Shown: positions 51,696 to 62,474, counted from the first letter of the stretch. The stretch is DNA of 64,000 bases from Patescibacteria group bacterium (GCA_040384725.1 JAZKIS010000009.1:14075-78074), one strand, 5' to 3'. Notes: generated by a model from the letters alone, not told the origin. Made by a program: numbers and translations.

Positions 51696-51929
51696 TTACT
51701 CGCTCGAGTGATAGCTGTTCGAACCGAAGATCAGTCCGCGGTAGAAATCAGCCAGATCAGCGATGCCGGCGATCACGCGCCAGAGCCAGGGGCTCAGAGC
51801 GGCGATGATGGCCAGAATGATGACGATCAGAGCGATCGAGCTCGGCGGCAAGGGGAATTCCCACGCCGGTGCGAGCTGACTCCAGAAGGCTTCTGCCTCC
51901 TGTCGCATGCGACTAACAGGATTGTTCAT
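51696..51929 (-). CDS. Small membrane protein (SD-led orphan cassette)
   Basis: TTGCCT-17-TATGGT promoter, AAAGGGAGG SD, one TM helix. Confidence 0.6.
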   Translation of the reverse strand: MNNPVSRMRQEAEAFWSQLAPAWEFPLPPSSIALIVIILAIIAALSPWLWRVIAGIADLADFYRGLIFGSNSYHSSE

Positions 51930-52055
51930 GGTTGTACGCCTCCCTTTCCGTCTCTGACCATACTCCCAACACGCTCTCGAGGCAATGAAGGGGAGGTGAA
52001 TTACGGGAAAAGCGCTTCCTTGCGTTTGGGTGTGGAGAACCTACAATATACGTAT

Positions 52056-52616
52056 ATGACCACCCTCTATATCGTGCTCGGCGTACTCGCCCTACTCGTG
52101 CTCTGGGTTGTGCTCAGTTACAACGGCTTCGTCTCGCTCCGCAACCGCGCGAAGGAAGCATGGTCCGATATCGAAGTGCAGATGAAGAGGCGCTATGACC
52201 TCATCCCGAACCTCATCGAGACGGTTAAGGGATACGCGGCACACGAGAGCAAGACGCTCCAGAGCGTTACCGAGGCGCGTACTGCCGCTATGGGTGCGCA
52301 GACGGTTGAGCAGCATGCGGCAGCCGAGAACATGCTCACGGGCGCGCTCAAGTCTCTCTTTGCGGTTTCAGAAAGCTACCCGGACCTCAAGGCGAACACG
52401 AACTTCCTCGAGCTCCAGCGCGAACTCTCTGACACGGAGAACAAGATCATGGCATCCCGCCGGTTCTACAACTCGACCGTCCAGAGCCTGAACACCGCCG
52501 TAGAGCAGTTCCCAGGAAATCTCATCGCGTCGCCCTTCGGCTTCAAGCAGATGGATCTGTTCGAGCTCACCGAAGCGGAGTCTGCAGCGCGCGAACCCGT
52601 CAAGGTCTCCTTCTAA
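52056..52616 (+). CDS. lemA: LemA family protein
   Basis: RRYDLIPNL, E.YPDLKAN, RRFYN. Confidence 0.95.
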   Translation: MTTLYIVLGVLALLVLWVVLSYNGFVSLRNRAKEAWSDIEVQMKRRYDLIPNLIETVKGYAAHESKTLQSVTEARTAAMGAQTVEQHAAAENMLTGALKSLFAVSESYPDLKANTNFLELQRELSDTENKIMASRRFYNSTVQSLNTAVEQFPGNLIASPFGFKQMDLFELTEAESAAREPVKVSF

Positions 52617-52620
52617 GCGT

Positions 52621-53124
52621 ATGGAGACGCCAACCCCGGTCCATAACGAGCTCCACCGCATCGCGACAACCGGCATCATCTGGCGCAAGGACGCGGATGC
52701 TCGCAGGTATCTCATAACGAAGCGCGCGCCGCACAAGAAGGTGTGGCCGGGCAAGTGGACGGTACCGGGCGGCGGCCTCGAGGTTACCGATTACATCAAC
52801 GCGGACGCGACGTATCAGAACTCGGAGAGTCCGCAGTGGTACAGCGTACTCGAGCTGGCGCTCGCGCGCGAGATCAAGGAGGAGGTCGGGGTTGAGGTGG
52901 GTCCCGGCACCCTGCTCCAGGACGTGGCGTTCATCCGTCCGGACGGCATCGCGGTTATCGTCTTTAGCTTCTTCTGCGAGTACAAGGGCGGGGAGGTCGC
53001 GCTCGACGAGGACGCAACCGAGCATGCATGGGTAACGGCAGAGGAAGCGCAGGGATACGACTTCATCCAAGGCATCGAGAAGGAAATAATGGCCACCGAA
53101 GAACGTCTAACCAAGGAAGTCTAA
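52621..53124 (+). CDS. NUDIX hydrolase
   Basis: PGG...ALAREIKEEVG Nudix box with an insertion. Confidence 0.88.
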   Translation: METPTPVHNELHRIATTGIIWRKDADARRYLITKRAPHKKVWPGKWTVPGGGLEVTDYINADATYQNSESPQWYSVLELALAREIKEEVGVEVGPGTLLQDVAFIRPDGIAVIVFSFFCEYKGGEVALDEDATEHAWVTAEEAQGYDFIQGIEKEIMATEERLTKEV

Positions 53125-54023
53125 TGGCAAATCTCTACCAACAGCGATCAAGCAATGTCGTGAAGACCTGGGCCCTCATGGCTGGGTTCTTCCTGATCGT
53201 CATGGCGATCGGATGGGCGGTCTCCTGGTACTACGGCTCCCCTACTATCCTCTATGGCGCGGTTATCTTCGCGCTCCTTATGAACGTGGGGAGCTACTGG
53301 TTCTCTGACAAGATCGCCCTTTCTATGAACGGCGCGAAGCCGGCTTCGAGAGAAGAGTACTTCGACCTCTATACCGTAACGGAGAACCTTGCCATAACCG
53401 CAGGGCTCCCGATGCCGAAGCTCTATGTGATCGAGGATCCGGCACCGAACGCGTTCGCGACCGGACGCGATGAGAAGCATGCTGTGGTTGCGGCAACGAC
53501 CGGGCTTCTTCAGATCCTCGACCGCACCGAGCTCGAGGGCGTTATCGCGCACGAGCTCTCGCACATCAAGAACAAGGACATGCTCGTCATGACGGTTGCC
53601 GTGGTGCTCGCGGGATTCGTCGCGATCGTCGCGGACATCTTCCTCAGGATGTCCCTGTTCGGCGGCGGTTCGCGCGATAACGACAGCAAGGCCGGGCTCA
53701 TCTTCGCGGTGCTCGCGATCGTCGCCGTGATCCTCGCACCTATCGCGGCACAGCTCATCCAGCTCGCGATCTCGCGAAGGCGTGAGTTCCTCGCGGACTC
53801 CTCCGGCGCGCTCCTTACGCGCTACCCGGAAGGTCTCGCATCGGCGCTCCGTAAGATCGCAGGGGATGGGCGTCCTATGAAGCATGCGAACCACGCAACC
53901 GCACACCTCTTCATCGGGAACCCGTTCGGAGGGGAAGCCGGGAAATTCGTGAACAAGTTGTTCGCCACCCATCCGCCGGTTGAAGCGAGAGTGCAGGCAC
54001 TCCTCGGATCTGCGGCGAAGTAG
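53124..54023 (+). CDS. htpX: M48 zinc metalloprotease HtpX
   Basis: PNAFATG, HELSH, REFLAD, THPP. Confidence 0.93.
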   Translation: MANLYQQRSSNVVKTWALMAGFFLIVMAIGWAVSWYYGSPTILYGAVIFALLMNVGSYWFSDKIALSMNGAKPASREEYFDLYTVTENLAITAGLPMPKLYVIEDPAPNAFATGRDEKHAVVAATTGLLQILDRTELEGVIAHELSHIKNKDMLVMTVAVVLAGFVAIVADIFLRMSLFGGGSRDNDSKAGLIFAVLAIVAVILAPIAAQLIQLAISRRREFLADSSGALLTRYPEGLASALRKIAGDGRPMKHANHATAHLFIGNPFGGEAGKFVNKLFATHPPVEARVQALLGSAAK

Positions 54024-54051
54024 GGCAATTCGTGGTATAAAAGCCACGCAC

Positions 54052-54136
54052 GGAGGCGTCGCATAGCGGTCTAGTGCACCATCTTGGAAAGGTGGCGTAC
54101 CGAAAGGTACCGAGAGTTCGAATCTCTCCGCCTCCG
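54052..54136 (+). tRNA. tRNA-Ser(GGA)
   Basis: GGAGGCG/CGCCTCC acceptor stem; loop TTGGAAA; long variable arm TACCGAAAGGTA. Confidence 0.95.
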
Positions 54137-54140
54137 CATC

Positions 54141-54575
54141 ATGAGCATCAGAACAGCCATCGTATCAATCATCCTGGCAATCGGGATACTTGGTCTCGCG
54201 TTCTTCTTATATATGCTGCGTGCTCCTATTTACGAGCCAAAGAGAACCTTCCAGTTCGAGATCGCCGACTCTGATGCAGAGCGTACGCAAGGACTTTCGG
54301 GCATCGCTGAGGTGCCGCCTGGAAGCGGGCTGCTCTTTATATTCGATCGTCCCGAGCGCTACGGATTCTGGATGAAGGATATGCTCATCGCAATCGACAT
54401 CATCTGGCTCGCAGACGACGGGACTGTACTTGAGATAGAAGAAGGAGTCTCGCCTGATACCTACCCGACGCCGTTCTATCCGCCGCAGCCAGTTCGGTAT
54501 GTGCTTGAGACCCGGGTTGGGGAAGCGAAGGCCCAGGGATGGATGGTAGGGACGCGGATACCGCTCCCGGAATAA
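54141..54575 (+). CDS. DUF192 domain protein
   Basis: R.QGLSG, GLLFIF, FWMKDM..IDIIW, YVLE. Confidence 0.9.
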   Translation: MSIRTAIVSIILAIGILGLAFFLYMLRAPIYEPKRTFQFEIADSDAERTQGLSGIAEVPPGSGLLFIFDRPERYGFWMKDMLIAIDIIWLADDGTVLEIEEGVSPDTYPTPFYPPQPVRYVLETRVGEAKAQGWMVGTRIPLPE

Positions 54576-54613
54576 ATGAAAGAACCCGCTTTCGCGGGTT
54601 CTTTCATTTATCT

Positions 54614-54926
54614 GGACCGGGTCATAAGCCGAATTCTGTCGTGGACGACCATCTATCTGGGACGTACGTTGCCGTACGCCTCGAGCGGCGCTCCCGTTTG
54701 CACGGGCACGGCCTTGCACAGAGGTAAGGATTTAGCCGTTTCAGTCTGGCATCGCTGCCAGCCCATCCTCAGAGAGGATCCCTAGTCTTTCGACATCGGG
54801 CGTTTCTGTTCGCACCTCGCGCATCACTGCGGACGGGCGTTACCCGCTACCGTGCTGCTCCGGAGAGCCTGTGTTCGGACTTTCCTCCCTGCACCCGAAG
54901 GGCAGAGCGGTCGTCAGGCCTGGTCC
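54614..54926 (-). ncRNA. rnpB: RNase P RNA (about 313 nt, compact)
   Basis: Minus strand GAGGAAAGUCC and ACAGAAUUCGGCUUA conserved regions; terminal P1 pairing GGACC/GGUCC. Confidence 0.95.
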
Positions 54927-55055
54927 GTGAATATAATACAACGAACCACGGGAACTGCAATAGTTCCTTCGCTCTAGTCCACAGGGTAGGTAAAAGGTTG
55001 CAGCGAAGGCGAGCTATACTAACAGTTATTAGAAGGGCCGTTTTTATCTATACCT

Positions 55056-57482
55056 ATGCAAGAGAATCACTCGGGGTCTAAGCCAGTACGCGCAAAGCGT
55101 CTGTCGTTCGATGTCGCCGCAAACTGGGCGGTTGTGTTTACGTTCGCAGCCGCGATCGTTGCGTTCATTCCGTCCGCAACCATTCCGTTTATGTACACGA
55201 AGGTTACGGTGCTCGCGCTCGGCGCGCTCGTGACACTCATCCTGTTCATCCTCGCGCGTCTTACGCGTGGGAACGCCATTATCCCGCCACTCCCGCTTCT
55301 CGGTGCTCTCTGGATCGTTCCTGCGGCGTACCTCCTCTCGTCCCTATTCTCCGGCGCCGGCATACTGCCGTCATTTTTTGGCACGGAGCTTGAGACCGAT
55401 ACGTTCGGATTCATCTTGCTGCTCGCGGTATTCGCGACGCTCACGGCGGTTGCCTTCCGACGAGCGACGAGCTACCGCATGTTCTTCGCTGCGGGCGGTA
55501 TTGTCACTGCAGCCGTTCTCGCGATCCAGGTTCTCGTGGTGATCGTCTCGCGTATCGCTCCGACGTTCATCGCTCCGACGACGAACCTCGTCGGCTCGTT
55601 CCTCGATCTCGGCATGTTCCTCGGTCTCGGCGTTGCGATCGGCCTTCTCGCACTCCGTCTCCTCATGCTCTCTTCGAGGGTCCGCACCATGGTGCTCGTT
55701 GGCGGCGGCGTCGCTCTCTTCATGCTCGCCCTCGTGAATTCGGTGCTTATATGGACGCTAGTAGCCCTTGTCGCGCTCGCACTCTTCATCGAGGCGATCA
55801 TGCGCAACCGCGCATCGGGCGACCAGGCAGATCTTGACGGCGTCGCACTTCTTCTGGCGGAGGATGCTGACGAGCCTACACAGTCTTCTCGTTCTCTCGC
55901 TGCGCCCCTCGCGACGCTCGCGATCGCACTCTTCTTCCTCATCGGCGGCAGCACCATCGGCAGCGCCCTTGCCACCGGCCTTGGCGTCGATGTTATCGAC
56001 GTTCGTCCATCGTGGCAGTCCACCTTCGACGTTGGCAGCCACACCTACGCGTCGTCCCCGCTCTTCGGCTCAGGTCCTGGAACCTTCGGTACTCAGTGGG
56101 TGCAGTTCCGCGACCGTAGCCTGAACGACACGCTCTTCTGGAACGTCGACTTCGTGTCCGGTATCGGCAGCATCCCTACCTCGTTCGTAACGACCGGTCT
56201 CGTCGGCGCGCTCGCATGGATCGCGTTCATCGGGCTCTTCCTGTTCTTCGGCGTCCGCGCGCTCTTGCTGCGCTTGCCAGAGGATCCGTTCGTTCGGTTC
56301 GTTTCGGCAGCATCCTTCACCGGTGCGCTCTACGTTCTCTTGCTCGCGGTCTTCACCGTGCCTGGCCCGATCGTCCTTCTCGCCGGCTTCCTCATGATCG
56401 GCGTATTCATCTCGAGCCTTCGCTACGGCACGAACGCTCGCGAAGTCGGTATCATCTTCGCGCGTAGCCCGAAGGTCGGCTTCGTCATCGTGTTCGTCCT
56501 CACGCTCCTCTTGCTCGCGTCGATCCTCGCCGCGTACGTGGTTATCGAGCGTTACCTCGCAGGCGTCGCGTACGCAGAGTCCGCGACAGCGCTCTCCGCA
56601 GGCGACCTCGAGAAGGCAGCAGAAGCAGCAAACCGCTCGATCCTCTTCTCGCCGAGCGACCGCGCGTACCAGCTCATTTCGGGCATCGGTATCGCACGCA
56701 TGAACCAGATTGCATCGAATACCGACCTTCCTCAGGCTGACGCACAGTCCCAGTTCCAGGCTGCGCTCTCGGGCTCCATCGAGGCAGCGCTCGCCGCAAC
56801 CCAGCTCGGTCCGAACAACTACCAGAACTGGGCAATGCTCGGAAACGTGTACCAGACCGTCGTGCCGCTTAACATCGAAGGCGCGTACGAGAATGCGAAG
56901 ACTGCGTACGACCAGGCAGCGGCGCTCAATCCAACGAGCCCGACGCTTCCGTACGTCATCGCGCAGCTCGAGATCGCCCATAAGGACCCGGCAGCCGCTA
57001 GCGCAGCCTTGATGGAAGCTATAACCCTGAAGCGTGACTACACCCAGGCTATCTTCCTCCTCTCCCAGCTCGAAGTGCAGCAGGGCAGGGCACGCGAAGC
57101 GCTCGAGGCGGCAGAAGCCGCAGCGTACTTCGCGCCGAACGATCCGACGATATTGTTCCAGGTTGGTATCCTCCGTTCCGCGAACGGAAACAATCCTGGC
57201 GCGATTCAGGCGCTCGCTCGCTCGGTTGAGATCAATCCTCAGTACGCGAACGCACGCTTCTTCCTCGGTGTCATGTACGCGATCAGCGGACAGTTCCCTG
57301 ATGCGGCACGTGAGCTCGAGCAGGTCGCGGCGCTCTCCCCAGAGAACGCTGCCGCCGTCGCTGCCGATCTGGCCGCGGTTCGCGCAGGACGCAATCCATT
57401 CCCGCCAACACGCCTCGGCGCGCTTGGTATCCCTCAAGGAGCTCTCGGCGAAGGCAGCGCAACGACCGCACCCGCTCGCTAG
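55056..57482 (+). CDS. O-antigen ligase-like membrane protein with TPR repeats
   Basis: About 13 TM helices, PLFGSGPGTF loop, C-terminal TPRs. Confidence 0.8.
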   Translation: MQENHSGSKPVRAKRLSFDVAANWAVVFTFAAAIVAFIPSATIPFMYTKVTVLALGALVTLILFILARLTRGNAIIPPLPLLGALWIVPAAYLLSSLFSGAGILPSFFGTELETDTFGFILLLAVFATLTAVAFRRATSYRMFFAAGGIVTAAVLAIQVLVVIVSRIAPTFIAPTTNLVGSFLDLGMFLGLGVAIGLLALRLLMLSSRVRTMVLVGGGVALFMLALVNSVLIWTLVALVALALFIEAIMRNRASGDQADLDGVALLLAEDADEPTQSSRSLAAPLATLAIALFFLIGGSTIGSALATGLGVDVIDVRPSWQSTFDVGSHTYASSPLFGSGPGTFGTQWVQFRDRSLNDTLFWNVDFVSGIGSIPTSFVTTGLVGALAWIAFIGLFLFFGVRALLLRLPEDPFVRFVSAASFTGALYVLLLAVFTVPGPIVLLAGFLMIGVFISSLRYGTNAREVGIIFARSPKVGFVIVFVLTLLLLASILAAYVVIERYLAGVAYAESATALSAGDLEKAAEAANRSILFSPSDRAYQLISGIGIARMNQIASNTDLPQADAQSQFQAALSGSIEAALAATQLGPNNYQNWAMLGNVYQTVVPLNIEGAYENAKTAYDQAAALNPTSPTLPYVIAQLEIAHKDPAAASAALMEAITLKRDYTQAIFLLSQLEVQQGRAREALEAAEAAAYFAPNDPTILFQVGILRSANGNNPGAIQALARSVEINPQYANARFFLGVMYAISGQFPDAARELEQVAALSPENAAAVAADLAAVRAGRNPFPPTRLGALGIPQGALGEGSATTAPAR

Positions 57483-57497
57483 TTCTCCTAAGGGCGC

Positions 57498-59180
57498 ATG
57501 GTACGAAAGATACTCACCTCGCTCACAGCACCTGTACGCGGCCTTCATCAGGCCGCGTACGTGCTTGCCGGGCTGACACTGGCCTCTCAGGCGCTCGCGC
57601 TCCTCAGGGACCGCATGTTCGCCTATAGCTTCGGCGCAGGTGACGTACTCGACCTCTACTACGCAGCCTTCAAGGTGCCTGACCTCGTGTTCGCGCTCGT
57701 GGCGTCCCTGGTGTCCGCGTACGTGCTCATTCCGCGCATCGCCGGAGGGTCAAGAAAAGAATCGCAGGAACTCATCTCTCAGACCGCATCCTTCCTCTTC
57801 ATCGCAGGAGGCCTGCTGTGCCTGGTGCTCGCGCTTTTTGCGCCGACCTTGCTCTTCGTGCTGTTCCCGGCAGCGATTGATTCTCCGAACGCAGAAGGGT
57901 TCGTGCTGCTTGCGCGCATCCTTCTTATTCAGCCGATACTGCTCGGGCTCTCGGGTATCGTGACGAGCGTCACGCAGGTGCGTCGCAGATTCTTCCTCTT
58001 CGCCCTCTCGCCGGTGCTCTACAATCTCGGCATCATAGCGGGTACTTTGCTCCTGTATCCGCTCTATGGCCTTCCGGGCATCGGTATCGGCGTGCTCGCG
58101 GGTGCCATGGCGCACCTCTTGATCCACATTCCCGTGCTTGTGGGAGAGAGAATGTTCCCAAGGCTCGTTATCCCGTCCCCGAAGGTTCTGTGGAGCGTTA
58201 TGAGCGATTCGGTCCCGCGCTCCTTGGCGCTCGCCATGGGATCGGTTACGGCGCTCATCCTCACAATCCTTGCTGCACGCACGGGAGAGGGAAGCATCGC
58301 GGTGTTCTCGCTCGCACAGAATCTGCAGGCGGTGCCGCTGTCCTTGATCGCGGCGTCCTACGCTACCGCGGCGTTCCCGGTCCTCGCTGAAAGCATGGAA
58401 GCGAAACGATACGATGCATTTAAGGCGACGCTGTCTGCGGCCGCGCGGCACATCGTGTTCTGGTCTGCGATCCTCTCGGTGCTCATCCTCGTGCTGCGCG
58501 CGCACATCGTGCGCATCGTGCTCGGTACCGGTGCCTTCGACTGGGACGCGACGAGACTAACGGCCGCTATCCTCGCGCTCCTCGTTATCGGCCTTATGGC
58601 GCAAGGTATCGTGCTGCTCGCGTCACGCGCGTTCTACGCGGCAAAGAAGTCCTGGAATCCGCTTTTGATCCAGATCGCAGGGCTCGTTGTGTCGGTCCTT
58701 TCCGCGCTAGGGCTCCTCGTCCTGTCCTCACGGTTCCCGGAGATCGGGTACTTCGTTGAGGCGCTGTTGCGCGTTGAGGGCGTTCCAGGAACCGATATCC
58801 TCCTCGTAGCGCTCGGTAGCATGCTCGGATCAGTAGCCACCGGCGTGTTCGCGCTCCTGACGCTCAAGGCGGTTGCGCCTGGCGTAGCGCGTTCCTTGCT
58901 CCGTCCGGTGTTCGAAGGTGCCGCGTCCGCGATCCTCGGCGGGGCAGCGGCGTATGGCGCCCTCTCGTTCCTCGGGAATCTCGCGCCAGCGACCACGCTC
59001 CTCGTTGTCTTCACTGAGGCCTTCATTGCTGGTATGGTGGGCCTTATGGTCGCGGCGGCGGTCCTTGCCCTTCTCGCGAACCGCGAGTTCAAGGATCTCG
59101 TCGACTCCCTGAAGCGCATGAAGCCATCGACCGCGCTCAAGCCTTCCGGACCGGTCCTCTCTGACCGTTCGGATGCCTAG
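57498..59180 (+). CDS. murJ: Lipid II flippase MurJ
   Basis: RD...A..FGA...D.YYAAF.VPD, PVLYN, RAFYA. Confidence 0.9.
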   Translation: MVRKILTSLTAPVRGLHQAAYVLAGLTLASQALALLRDRMFAYSFGAGDVLDLYYAAFKVPDLVFALVASLVSAYVLIPRIAGGSRKESQELISQTASFLFIAGGLLCLVLALFAPTLLFVLFPAAIDSPNAEGFVLLARILLIQPILLGLSGIVTSVTQVRRRFFLFALSPVLYNLGIIAGTLLLYPLYGLPGIGIGVLAGAMAHLLIHIPVLVGERMFPRLVIPSPKVLWSVMSDSVPRSLALAMGSVTALILTILAARTGEGSIAVFSLAQNLQAVPLSLIAASYATAAFPVLAESMEAKRYDAFKATLSAAARHIVFWSAILSVLILVLRAHIVRIVLGTGAFDWDATRLTAAILALLVIGLMAQGIVLLASRAFYAAKKSWNPLLIQIAGLVVSVLSALGLLVLSSRFPEIGYFVEALLRVEGVPGTDILLVALGSMLGSVATGVFALLTLKAVAPGVARSLLRPVFEGAASAILGGAAAYGALSFLGNLAPATTLLVVFTEAFIAGMVGLMVAAAVLALLANREFKDLVDSLKRMKPSTALKPSGPVLSDRSDA

Positions 59181-59188
59181 CATTCCGA

Positions 59189-60976
59189 ATGAACATACGA
59201 AACTTCAGTATCATCGCCCACATCGATCACGGGAAGTCGACCCTCGCGGATCGGCTTCTTGAACGTACCGGCACTATCGAGGCCCGCAAGATGCGGGACC
59301 AGGTCCTCGACAAGATGGACCTCGAGCGCGAGCGCGGCATCACGATCAAGATGCAGCCGGCACGCATGAAGTACAAAGCGAAGGACGGTACGGAGTACGT
59401 CTTGAATCTCATCGATACGCCAGGGCACATCGACTTTGCATACGAAGTGTCGCGCGCGCTGTCTGCGGTTGAGGGCGTGATACTGCTTGTTGATTCGACG
59501 CAGGGAATCCAGGCACAGACCCTGACTACGCTTCAGATGGCGAAAGAGGCAGGTTGCGTGATTATCCCCGTTATCTCGAAGATCGACTCGCCTGCAGCGC
59601 GCCCTGACGATGTGTCGCTCGAGCTCGCGGAGCTCCTCTCCGTTGATCCTGATAGCGTGCTCGCGGTCTCAGGACGCACCGGAGAAGGCGTCGAGGCGCT
59701 CCTCGAAGAGGTTATCGCCAAGGTCCCGGCTCCGAGGCCGAGCGAGGGCGGACCGCGCGCGCTTATCTTCGATTTCTCGTACTCGACGCATCGCGGCATC
59801 ACGGTCTTCATGCGCGTGTTCGACGGGGTATTTAAGAAAGGGGACGTGCTTAGGTTTGCGGCGGCTGGAGAGCGCTTTACGGCGCTTGAGACGGGCATAT
59901 TCATGCCAGACGAGCTCGCTACCGAGTCTCTTTCCGCAGGAGAGATCGGCTACCTGGTTACCGGCGTGAAGCAGGCAGGCGTGGTTAACGTGGGAGATAC
60001 GGTTATAGCGAACGCGGGATCAACGACCGGTCTCGAGGGCTTCGAGCGTCCGCGTCCGGTTGTGTGGGCGTCGGTGTATCCCGAGAGCCAGGACGACCTG
60101 ACCGAGCTCAGGCAATCCCTCGAGCGTCTTCGCCTCTCTGATTCCTCGCTCGCGTTCGAGGAAGAATCGTCCGGCATGCTCGGACGCGGCTTCCGGTGCG
60201 GATTCCTCGGCATGCTCCACCTCGAGATTATTATCGAGCGCCTGAAGCGCGAGTTCGATCTCGAGCTCATCGTTACGATCCCAACGATCGCGTACGTCGT
60301 TACGGACAAGCGCGGGAAGCGGGAGACCGTCTACACGCCGTCCAAGTTCCCGGCCTTCGGCGAGACCGAGAAGATCGAGGAGCCGTGGGTGAAGGTGGTG
60401 CTCATCACACCTCCCGACTCGCTCTCGAACATGATCCAGCTCTTCCATGATCATGAGGGGAACGTGCTCGAGACTGAGACGCATCTTGACGGCCGTATCG
60501 AGCTTGCAGTTGAGATGCCGCTTCGCGAGCTCATGCGCGGATTCTTCGACAAGGTGAAGAATGCGTCTTCGGGTTATGCCTCGCTTTCATACGAGTTCCT
60601 CGACGAGCGCCCGGCAGACGTCGTTAAGCTCGAGATATTCGTCGCCGAGGAGCCGGTACCCGCATTCGCGCGCGTGGTGTCTCGCCGTCGCGTCGTCGAG
60701 GAAGGGGACCGCATGGTTGAGAAGCTTCACGAGATCCTGCCGCGCCAGATGTTCGTCTTAAAGATCCAGGCGCATGCGCTCGGACGCATCGTAGCGTCCC
60801 GCTCGATCTCCGCGCTCCGCAAGGACGTTACGGGCTACCTCTACGGCGGCGACATTACGCGCAAGATGAAACTCCTCGAGAAACAGAAGAAGGGAAAGAA
60901 GCGCCGTGGCGAGCACGCGAAGATGGATATCCCGCAGGACGTGTTCATGAAGATGGTGCAGGATTCGGAACGCTAG
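59189..60976 (+). CDS. lepA: Elongation factor 4
   Basis: IRNFSIIAHIDHGKSTL, GFRCGFLGMLH, YGGDITRK.KLLEKQK.GK. Confidence 0.97.
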   Translation: MNIRNFSIIAHIDHGKSTLADRLLERTGTIEARKMRDQVLDKMDLERERGITIKMQPARMKYKAKDGTEYVLNLIDTPGHIDFAYEVSRALSAVEGVILLVDSTQGIQAQTLTTLQMAKEAGCVIIPVISKIDSPAARPDDVSLELAELLSVDPDSVLAVSGRTGEGVEALLEEVIAKVPAPRPSEGGPRALIFDFSYSTHRGITVFMRVFDGVFKKGDVLRFAAAGERFTALETGIFMPDELATESLSAGEIGYLVTGVKQAGVVNVGDTVIANAGSTTGLEGFERPRPVVWASVYPESQDDLTELRQSLERLRLSDSSLAFEEESSGMLGRGFRCGFLGMLHLEIIIERLKREFDLELIVTIPTIAYVVTDKRGKRETVYTPSKFPAFGETEKIEEPWVKVVLITPPDSLSNMIQLFHDHEGNVLETETHLDGRIELAVEMPLRELMRGFFDKVKNASSGYASLSYEFLDERPADVVKLEIFVAEEPVPAFARVVSRRRVVEEGDRMVEKLHEILPRQMFVLKIQAHALGRIVASRSISALRKDVTGYLYGGDITRKMKLLEKQKKGKKRRGEHAKMDIPQDVFMKMVQDSER

Positions 60977-60999
60977 AGAGATTGCTATACTAGAGGCTC

Positions 61000-61368
61000 A
61001 TGCCTCGCCCCTCGAAGAGACACCATGCCAAGCGTGCCGGCGAGTACCTGCTCGCAGGCGGGCTCTCGGTGCTATTTCTCGTCCTTCTGTGGGCAGTGTG
61101 GGGAATCGCGCGCAAAGAGGAGATCGCACGGAGCGCCGTTGATGATAGGAAGTCTGAATTGGCAGTTCTCCAGGAGCGAAAAGCTGTATTCGAGGATAAT
61201 CTCGCGGAACTCTCCACGGAACGCGGACAGGAGGCAACGCTTCGCCAGAATCACGGTGTGGCGCGTGCGGGAGAGGAAGTCATCATCGTAGTCCCGCCGA
61301 AAGAGGACGAGCTCGATGCCCACATGCCGTGGTATAAGCGGCTCCTCGGATGGTTCGGTATTTGGTAA
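61000..61368 (+). CDS. Septum formation initiator (FtsB/DivIC-like)
   Basis: TM, coiled coil, then G.E..LR...GE.VIIV. Confidence 0.7.
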   Translation: MPRPSKRHHAKRAGEYLLAGGLSVLFLVLLWAVWGIARKEEIARSAVDDRKSELAVLQERKAVFEDNLAELSTERGQEATLRQNHGVARAGEEVIIVVPPKEDELDAHMPWYKRLLGWFGIW

Positions 61369-61418
61369 AGAATAAAGAGTGTCCGTATCCGGACAGCTCC
61401 ATGCTAGAGTTTCTGCAT

Positions 61419-62474
61419 ATGAACCGTCTATACTCCCTCGCTCATAAAGGTGCCAGTGCTCTGCTTATTGGCCTTATTGTTATTGCAGCTTCAGGTACAC
61501 CTACAATTGCAGAAGCTGCAAAATCGTCGAAGCCTACGATTAAGATTACGGCGCCAAGCGCAAAAGCTACCTTCGCAAAGGAAGGTTCAGGATTCGTGCC
61601 AGTAGCATGGTCTGCAACGAACGTTCCTGAAGATACGCTCGTTGTTGTCGAGCTCAAGCAGAAGAAGCTCGCGAAGGGCGGCGGTGTTGGCGGCGGGTCC
61701 TGGCAGGACGAGATTGTTGCCGGCAATAGCTCAGGCACTCATAAGTGGGACATCGAAGGCGAGGGGCGCGCGCAGGCAGGAACCTATAGGGTGCGTGCGT
61801 ACCTTCAGCAGTGTGTAAAAGGGGACTGCAGCCAAAATCCAAGCTTCCCTGGCGCAAAGAAGACGAAAGTCTACGCAACGTCTAAATGGGTGAATATAAA
61901 GATCGTTGACGACGCGGACGACGCGGACGACGAGGACGAACTCGTAACACCCGATGAGAATGACGGTCCCGTTGGCGTGTCGGTAACCATGGTCGGCGGT
62001 AACGGAAGTGATGAGTATCACCTAGATACGGATAGCTCGCCCATGTTCAATTACTACCCGAGCGGCGACGTTACGTCTTGCACGATTACCGCGTATTACC
62101 AGGGTGGAGAAGAGAAGCAGACCAGCGGATGGAAGAACGGTGTTCGTGCCGGCGATTACGGACGCTTCAGTTTCTCAGCGGTAGGTCCCTACCCGCTAAA
62201 CTCCTTGAAATCAGTTGAGGTTGTCTGTGGGAACGCGGTGCACAGGGCTAATGATTCCATTCGATTCACGGTTGGAGACTCGGCAGAGGCTGATTTTAAG
62301 ATACTTACAGGCAAGTCGGGATCAACTACCTATAAGAAGGGCACAGCGACGCAAGGAGAGGCAGAATCCCTTTGCAGCAAGGCGTATAACGATCCCAAGA
62401 TCCACAAGTATACTCGCGTACAGTGCTACTGGGACGGTGGGAAATTCGAGGATGTGCGCGAGTTTAAGGGGTAG
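61419..62474 (+). CDS. Secreted hypothetical protein (beta-rich domains, acidic linker)
   Basis: Signal peptide, paired cysteines, DDADDADDEDE linker from a 9-bp repeat. Confidence 0.75.
   Translation: MNRLYSLAHKGASALLIGLIVIAASGTPTIAEAAKSSKPTIKITAPSAKATFAKEGSGFVPVAWSATNVPEDTLVVVELKQKKLAKGGGVGGGSWQDEIVAGNSSGTHKWDIEGEGRAQAGTYRVRAYLQQCVKGDCSQNPSFPGAKKTKVYATSKWVNIKIVDDADDADDEDELVTPDENDGPVGVSVTMVGGNGSDEYHLDTDSSPMFNYYPSGDVTSCTITAYYQGGEEKQTSGWKNGVRAGDYGRFSFSAVGPYPLNSLKSVEVVCGNAVHRANDSIRFTVGDSAEADFKILTGKSGSTTYKKGTATQGEAESLCSKAYNDPKIHKYTRVQCYWDGGKFEDVREFKG

Noticed and set aside
51708-52055. N-terminal extension of LemA in the ORF track
   Set aside because: It overlaps the opposite-strand cassette; the real start is most likely the leaderless ATG at 52056
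56070-57548. Long antisense or alternative-frame ORFs (also 19814-20794, 32630-33706, 53148-54047, 62530-63255)
   Set aside because: Shadows of GC-rich real genes; no motifs or expression signals
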